This document shows, one piece after another, positions 27,513 to 32,000 of a stretch of DNA of 32,000 nucleotides; the first letter of the stretch is position 1, and every line of letters begins with the position of its first letter. This DNA comes from Ruminococcus albus 7 = DSM 20455. Lineage in GTDB: Bacteria > Bacillota > Clostridia > Oscillospirales > Ruminococcaceae. Under the pieces are notes generated by a model. That model had not been told where the DNA came from. It did no database searches and saw nothing but the letters and a program-made list of their open reading frames with translations. A program made the translations under genes and the position numbers. The DNA is taken from the NCBI RefSeq assembly GCF_000179635.2, contig NC_014833.1, forward strand, positions 2,010,001 through 2,042,000, in the 5' to 3' direction.

Positions 27513-28181
27513 ATGTATACATTAAATAATATTGACGGTATAGTTTTTGATATGGACGGTGTCATATTCGATACAGAATCCGTTTGTATGAAGTGCTGGC
27601 TCACTGTAGGTGAAAGGTACGGTCTTGAAAATGTTGAATACTATGTCAGGCTTTGTACCGGCCGAAATGAAATAGAGACCGAGCGAATTGTCACTGAAGC
27701 TTATGGTGATAAGCATGATATAAAGCAGCTTCGTGCAGAGGTCAACACTGAAGTCCGTAACACATTGAATAAAGGTGTTCCATTGAAGCCTGGTGCAAGG
27801 GAAGTCCTTGAATGGCTTCACGAAAGCGGTGTAAAGGTAGGACTTGCTTCTTCAACACGTTATGATATCATTGTCAGTGAGATGACAGAAGTTGGTCTGT
27901 TGCATTGTTTTGATGTTATAATTGGCGGAGATATGATAGTAAAGTCAAAGCCTGAACCTGATATTTATCTTGCTGCCTGTAAAAAACTCGGAATTGACCC
28001 TAAGAATACTCTTGCTGTTGAAGATTCACGCAACGGTATATTATCAGCTAGTGCTGCAGGTATGATTCCGATACTTATACCCGATCTTATTGAACCTGAT
28101 GAGGTCATGCTTAATAAGGCATATGTCAAGTTTGATAACTTGATGCAATTTAAAGACAAAATGTTAAACACAGGCATATAA
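27513..28181 (+). CDS. HAD family hydrolase (beta-phosphoglucomutase-like phosphatase subfamily)
   Basis: Motif I DMDGVIFDTE, motif II SST, and motif III/IV K...EDSRNG. Confidence 0.85.
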   Translation: MYTLNNIDGIVFDMDGVIFDTESVCMKCWLTVGERYGLENVEYYVRLCTGRNEIETERIVTEAYGDKHDIKQLRAEVNTEVRNTLNKGVPLKPGAREVLEWLHESGVKVGLASSTRYDIIVSEMTEVGLLHCFDVIIGGDMIVKSKPEPDIYLAACKKLGIDPKNTLAVEDSRNGILSASAAGMIPILIPDLIEPDEVMLNKAYVKFDNLMQFKDKMLNTGI

Positions 28182-28208
28182 GCCTGTTAAATAAAGGAGG
28201 TAAATAAA

Positions 28209-28886
28209 ATGCGTTACGAAATTCAAGGTGAGCCGCTGCCTGTTGTTATATGTTATCTTAACAACGGCGAAGCGATCAAATGTCAGCAGGGGGCTATGAG
28301 CTGGATGAGCCCTAACATTAATATGACCACCAATGCAGGCGGTGGTATCGGAAAGGCTCTTTCGCGTGCTTTCTCAGGCGAATCCATTTTCCAGAATGTT
28401 TATACTGCTGTTAACGGTGATGGTATGATCGCTATGGCTTCAAATTTCCCCGGTTCTATCAAACCTATGGATGTTTCACAGATGCCTATAGTTGCTCAGA
28501 AGTCCGCTTTTCTCGCTAGTGAGATGGGTGTAAATATGGAGATCTTCTTCCAGAAGAGATTTGGTGCTGGTTTCTTTGGCGGTGAGGGTTTTATCATGCA
28601 GAAATTCTCAGGTCAGGGTACTGTTTTTCTTGAGCTCGATGGTTCTATTATTGAGTATCAGCTGGCTCAGGGTCAGTCTATGCTCGTAGATACAGGTTGT
28701 CTTGCTGCTATGGAGGCTTCCTGCTCAATAGATATCGAACAGGTTTCCGGTCTGAAAAACAAGCTCTTCGGCGGTGAAGGCTTCTTTAATACAAGAATAA
28801 CCGGTCCCGGTCATGTATGGCTGCAGACGATGCCTGTCAGCAATCTTGCAGGCGCTATCAGACCATACATACCTACAGGTTCCTGA
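28209..28886 (+). CDS. TIGR00266 / AIM24 family protein
   Basis: Strong AAGGAGG SD. The N-terminal pattern YEIQGEPLPVVICYLNNGEAIKCQQGAMSWM and the repeated GGEGF motifs match my memory of the AIM24/DUF124 family. Confidence 0.8.
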   Translation: MRYEIQGEPLPVVICYLNNGEAIKCQQGAMSWMSPNINMTTNAGGGIGKALSRAFSGESIFQNVYTAVNGDGMIAMASNFPGSIKPMDVSQMPIVAQKSAFLASEMGVNMEIFFQKRFGAGFFGGEGFIMQKFSGQGTVFLELDGSIIEYQLAQGQSMLVDTGCLAAMEASCSIDIEQVSGLKNKLFGGEGFFNTRITGPGHVWLQTMPVSNLAGAIRPYIPTGS

Positions 28887-28941
28887 ATTAAAAATTGATT
28901 CATCACGGTTTTTTTACCGGTATGATCTTTTGTAAAAATCA

Positions 28942-28966
28942 AAACCACCCGTTAAACGGGTTGTTT
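28942..28966 (+). terminator. Possible terminator of the AIM24-family gene
   Basis: Hairpin AAACCACCCG-ttaa-ACGGGTTGTTT with one mismatch, followed by a T-rich tail. Confidence 0.4.
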
Positions 28967-28971
28967 GCACT

Positions 28972-29685
28972 AGCCCTATAAGGGCATGATACTGACACTA
29001 CCCCTTAAGGGGTCGGGAAAGGTCTGTCAACCGCATTTCATTCCCGTGCAACCCCTCAAGGGGTATTTTGTGTTCGTTTTCTACTTTTTCTTGTATTTTT
29101 CTCCTGTAAATGGGTCTACTGTCTCAAACAGGCTGATCTGGTCGCACACTATATCTTCCTGCAACTGATTCCTGATGTACTCTGCTATCTTTTTCTTGTT
29201 CTTTCCTACTGTATCAACATAGTATCCTCTGCACCAGAAGTGCCTGTTGCCATACTTATATTTCAGATTTGCGTGTCTGTCAAATATCATCAAACTACTC
29301 TTGCCTTTCAAATATCCCATTATCTCTGCTACACTGTATTTGGGTGGAATAGACAACAGCATATGTATATGATCAGGACACGCCTCTGCTTCGATTATTT
29401 TAACTCCTTTTTGATCACACAACTTTCTTAGTATCTTTCCGATATCCACTTTGATTTTATTATAAATCACCATTCTTCGATATTTCGGGGCAAATACTAC
29501 ATGGTACTTGCAATTCCACTTGGAATGTGCTAAACTATTTATATCGTCTCTTGTCATTGACGATACCTCCTTGTTATTCTAAGTTTCGGTTGCCAGACCT
29601 ATTCTTAGTTTATCACAGGAGGTTTTATTTTTCTACTCATAGCTAAAGCTTTTTAGAACCCCCGGCATAGCCGGGGGTTTTCGGT
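28972..29685 (-). mobile_element. IS200-type insertion sequence (IS200/IS605 family, tnpA only); boundaries approximate
   Basis: Y1 HUH transposase gene flanked by structured, non-inverted-repeat ends. Downstream of tnpA are hairpins GCCC-tataa-GGGC (28973-28985), ACCCCTTAAGGGGT (29000-29013), CGGGAA...TTCCCG (29014-29046) and ACCCC-tcaa-GGGGT (29051-29064). Upstream is hairpin AACCCCCGG...CCGGGGGTT (29657-29679). Total about 0.7 kb, as expected for IS200. Confidence 0.75.
29081..29557 (-). CDS. tnpA: IS200/IS605 family Y1 (HUH) transposase TnpA
   Basis: HUH motif PDHIHMLL, catalytic Tyr region FWCRGYYVDTVG. Near co-linear with Salmonella IS200 TnpA as remembered (SLAH..WNCKYH.VFAPKYRR). Confidence 0.93.
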   Translation of the reverse strand: MTRDDINSLAHSKWNCKYHVVFAPKYRRMVIYNKIKVDIGKILRKLCDQKGVKIIEAEACPDHIHMLLSIPPKYSVAEIMGYLKGKSSLMIFDRHANLKYKYGNRHFWCRGYYVDTVGKNKKKIAEYIRNQLQEDIVCDQISLFETVDPFTGEKYKKK

Positions 29686-29691
29686 TACAAT

Positions 29692-29725
29692 AACAAGGCG
29701 GAAAGCTTATGCTTTCCGCCTTGTT
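29692..29725 (-). terminator. Terminator of the TarI/IspD-like gene
   Basis: 15-bp stem AACAAGGCGGAAAGC / GCTTTCCGCCTTGTT immediately downstream of the stop at 29737. Confidence 0.6.
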
Positions 29726-29736
29726 TTGTAGTATAC

Positions 29737-30438
29737 TTAATCCATAGCCATTAATCCGGCGATCATCAGATCGTGATCAGTCGTAATTTTAAAATTCATT
29801 GGTTCGCCTTTGACAATATTTATCTGATATCCGCATTCCGTAAGTATGCCGCAGGTATCAGTCAGAAGATCAAGCTTGTCATTTCCAAGTTTATCGATAC
29901 AATCACAAAGAGTTGATATCTCAAATGTCTGAGGAGTCTGTGCACGCATAAGTTCCCGTCTGGGGAGATTCTCTGTTACTGATAGACCATCCTTAGTCCG
30001 GATTATAGTGTCGTCTGAGGGTATGTATGTTCCGCAGGCTGCTGTATTAAGGGCACATGTAATATTATCTCGTATTATCCTTTCACTGACAAAAGGTCTT
30101 ACAGCATCGTGAGTTATAAGAACATCTCCCTTATTTACACCGAATATAGCGGTGATCTCACGAAGTATATTCAATACAGTTCCGTTCCTGTTTTTTCCGC
30201 CTGTAACAAGCCTTACTCGTTTTGAGCTGATATTATATTCTTCCAGAAGCTTATCAGCATAGTCATACCAATCAGGCTTGATACCAACATATATACGTTC
30301 GATCTCTCCTATATCCTCAAAAGCGCGGATAGTCCGTATAAGAATCGGTATACCACCGATCTCGATAAACTGTTTTGGCTTATCAGCATTAATTATGCGT
30401 GAGCCGCTTCCTCCTGCTACGATTCCTGCAAATATCAT
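29737..30438 (-). CDS. IspD/TarI family cytidylyltransferase, TarI-like (probable D-ribitol-5-phosphate cytidylyltransferase)
   Basis: Motifs AGGSGSR, KPKQF, THDAVRPF, QTPQTF and KGE..N.KITT. The N-terminus MIFAGIVAGGSGSRI...PKQFIEIGG.PILI.TI resembles pneumococcal TarI more than canonical IspD, as remembered. AAGGAGGG SD. Confidence 0.85.
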   Translation of the reverse strand: MIFAGIVAGGSGSRIINADKPKQFIEIGGIPILIRTIRAFEDIGEIERIYVGIKPDWYDYADKLLEEYNISSKRVRLVTGGKNRNGTVLNILREITAIFGVNKGDVLITHDAVRPFVSERIIRDNITCALNTAACGTYIPSDDTIIRTKDGLSVTENLPRRELMRAQTPQTFEISTLCDCIDKLGNDKLDLLTDTCGILTECGYQINIVKGEPMNFKITTDHDLMIAGLMAMD

Positions 30439-30531
30439 ATAGTTCCCTCCTTTGGAATATTATTGGTTTTGTCACTACAAATCGTAATTCTGTTTGCTGA
30501 TTAATATTGTATCTGAATGCATAAAGTTCTG

Positions 30532-31065
30532 TCAGTTTGAAGGTTGATCTCCATATTTAACATATTCTTCTTTAAGCACGGCGTATATATAAAAATCGTT
30601 ATATCCACCTTCTTTTGCAGGGTAGACTTGCTTGTGTTCAGCTTCGCGTCGCATACCGAGCCTTTCACAAAGTTTATAAGACTTTTCATTACGTGTATCG
30701 ACTTCGGCTATTATTCTGCGTACACAGAGGGTATTAAAAGCATATCCTATGAAAGCGCTCATACTTTCAGCAGCATATCCTTTTCTTTGATAGTTTATAT
30801 TGAAAGTATAGCCTATTTCATAAGTTCCGTGATCTCTTTTGGAAAAGTAGATCTTTCCTATTACTTTGCCGTCAAGTACCACTGCAAAGAATTCACTGCT
30901 TTCGGAAAATTTAGCAGCTTCTTTTAATGCATCACCAAAGGTGAAAGTTTGATATGGTTCAAAGTAAGTTACTTCCTTATCTGTAAGGATCTCAGCGAGA
31001 TCATTTCCGTCGCTTTTGAGAAATTTTCTTACCGAAAGCCGCTCGGTAGTGAATATGTAATCCAT
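30532..31065 (-). CDS. GNAT family N-acetyltransferase (RimJ/RimL-like)
   Basis: TTERLSVRKF N-terminus, YQRKGYAAE acetyl-CoA motif, and CERLGMRREA. The second ATG (31065) has GGAG 6 nt upstream, while the first (31077) has no SD. Confidence 0.85.
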   Translation of the reverse strand: MDYIFTTERLSVRKFLKSDGNDLAEILTDKEVTYFEPYQTFTFGDALKEAAKFSESSEFFAVVLDGKVIGKIYFSKRDHGTYEIGYTFNINYQRKGYAAESMSAFIGYAFNTLCVRRIIAEVDTRNEKSYKLCERLGMRREAEHKQVYPAKEGGYNDFYIYAVLKEEYVKYGDQPSN

Positions 31066-31087
31066 AGCATTCTCCATGTATACAACA

Positions 31088-31109
31088 AACGGGCGAAGAA
31101 CGCCCGTTT
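31088..31109 (-). terminator. Terminator of prs
   Basis: Stem AAACGGGCG / CGCCCGTTT followed by a T-rich tract on the - strand. Confidence 0.6.
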
Positions 31110-31121
31110 AGTAAAACTTAA

Positions 31122-32000
31122 TTAATTGCTTTTTTTGATATCGTACTTGTCAAGCAGAGCAGAAATCTTCTTGTGAGGATCGATCACTTCAGAAATGGAT
31201 GCATCGTGATTAAGTGCTGCGATATAGTAAGCAATATACTTAGCAACATCAACTTCGTGGAACCATTTTCTCTCAAGAAGCTCAGGAGTCCTGTAAGTCA
31301 GGTTTGTACCGAATACTCCATCAATGATACCATTTTCAAAAGCTTTGTCGAAGGAAGCAAGACCGTTAGTGAATATTGCATAGGTAGCATAGCAGTAGAT
31401 CTTGTTTGCGTTGCGCTTTTTCAGTTCAACAGCAACTTCGAGCATGGATTCACCAGAGGATATGATATCATCAGCGATGAATACATCCTTGCCTGTAACG
31501 TCATTTCCCATATATTCGTGTGCTACGATAGGATTTCTGCCGTTTACGACTGTGGAGTAGTCACGTCTTTTGTAGAACATACCCATGTCAACGCCCAGTA
31601 CAGATGCATAGTACATATTTCTGTTGATAGCTCCTTCATCGGGGGATACTATCATAAAATGTGCCTTATCGGGCTTGAAATCGTCAAGGCTTCTGAACAT
31701 GGATTTCAGTACCTGATAAGAGGGGATAATATTGTCAAATCCCATCAGTGGAACAGCATTCTGTACTCTGGGGTCATGTGCATCAAAAGTGAGTACATTT
31801 GATACACCCATAGCCTGAAGTTCTTGTAAAGCTACTGCACAATCCAGCGATTCACGATAGTTTCTGCGATGCTGTCTGCCGCCGTAGAGTGAAGGCATAA
31901 TAACGTTTATACGGTGAGCCTTGCCGCTTGCCGCCTGAATTATACGCTTCAGATCCTGATAGTGATCATCGGGAGACATATAGTTCTCGTGACCAAAATA
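31122..32000 (-). CDS. prs: Ribose-phosphate diphosphokinase (PRPP synthetase), N-terminus outside the window
   Basis: The frame stays open to base 32000. Motifs include YGGRQHRR, FDAHD, VSPDEGA and the PRPP-binding loop FIADDIISSGES. Confidence 0.88.
   Translation of the reverse strand, partial: YFGHENYMSPDDHYQDLKRIIQAASGKAHRINVIMPSLYGGRQHRRNYRESLDCAVALQELQAMGVSNVLTFDAHDPRVQNAVPLMGFDNIIPSYQVLKSMFRSLDDFKPDKAHFMIVSPDEGAINRNMYYASVLGVDMGMFYKRRDYSTVVNGRNPIVAHEYMGNDVTGKDVFIADDIISSGESMLEVAVELKKRNANKIYCYATYAIFTNGLASFDKAFENGIIDGVFGTNLTYRTPELLERKWFHEVDVAKYIAYYIAALNHDASISEVIDPHKKISALLDKYDIKKSN

Noticed and set aside
28986-29168. 60-aa + strand ORF across the IS200 end
   Set aside because: It runs through the hairpin cluster of the IS end and antisense into the tnpA 3' end. 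It has no SD and a composition driven by the palindromes.
1-32000. Search for CRISPR arrays, tRNA or rRNA genes, and recognisable defence, toxin-antitoxin or prophage modules
   Set aside because: I saw no regularly spaced direct repeats and no tRNA-like cloverleaf or rRNA-like segments in any intergenic gap. All gaps are under 400 nt and are accounted for by promoters, terminators, the T-box and the IS ends. All sizeable ORFs have housekeeping-type assignments.

Overview
This 32-kb window looks like core chromosome of a low-GC Firmicute. The class is probably Clostridia, with Ruminococcaceae-like gene content and gene fusions; that assignment is inference only. About 30 protein genes are packed tightly, mostly on the + strand, and most are housekeeping. 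They include mrp, a MATE exporter, tyrS, rlmA, purA, uppP and ftsK, a ComEC-type MBL protein with a DUF3006 partner, an RpiR regulator and a BaiN-like flavoprotein. There is also a cmk-plsC fusion, an ispH-rpsA(S1) fusion, a class A PBP, a THUMP methyltransferase, a HAD hydrolase, an AIM24/TIGR00266 protein, a TarI/IspD-like cytidylyltransferase, two GNATs and prs. The only clear mobile element is one IS200-type insertion (tnpA 29081-29557) between two convergent terminators. I found no rRNA, tRNA, CRISPR array or recognisable defence or toxin system. The most unusual feature is a complete T-box leader (4421-4651). It sits in front of a GNAT, an SPL-like radical SAM gene and a PNPOx-like gene rather than an aminoacyl-tRNA synthetase. 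tyrS follows as the fourth gene, with no leader of its own and no intervening terminator. Other points worth a second look: an SD-preceded 40-codon acidic peptide gene missing from the ORF track (606-728), a multi-hairpin 170-nt spacer between mrp and the MATE gene, and an A10 homopolymer exactly at the cmk-plsC fusion joint. Every functional call rests on motifs I can read in the translations plus remembered family signatures. No database search was run.
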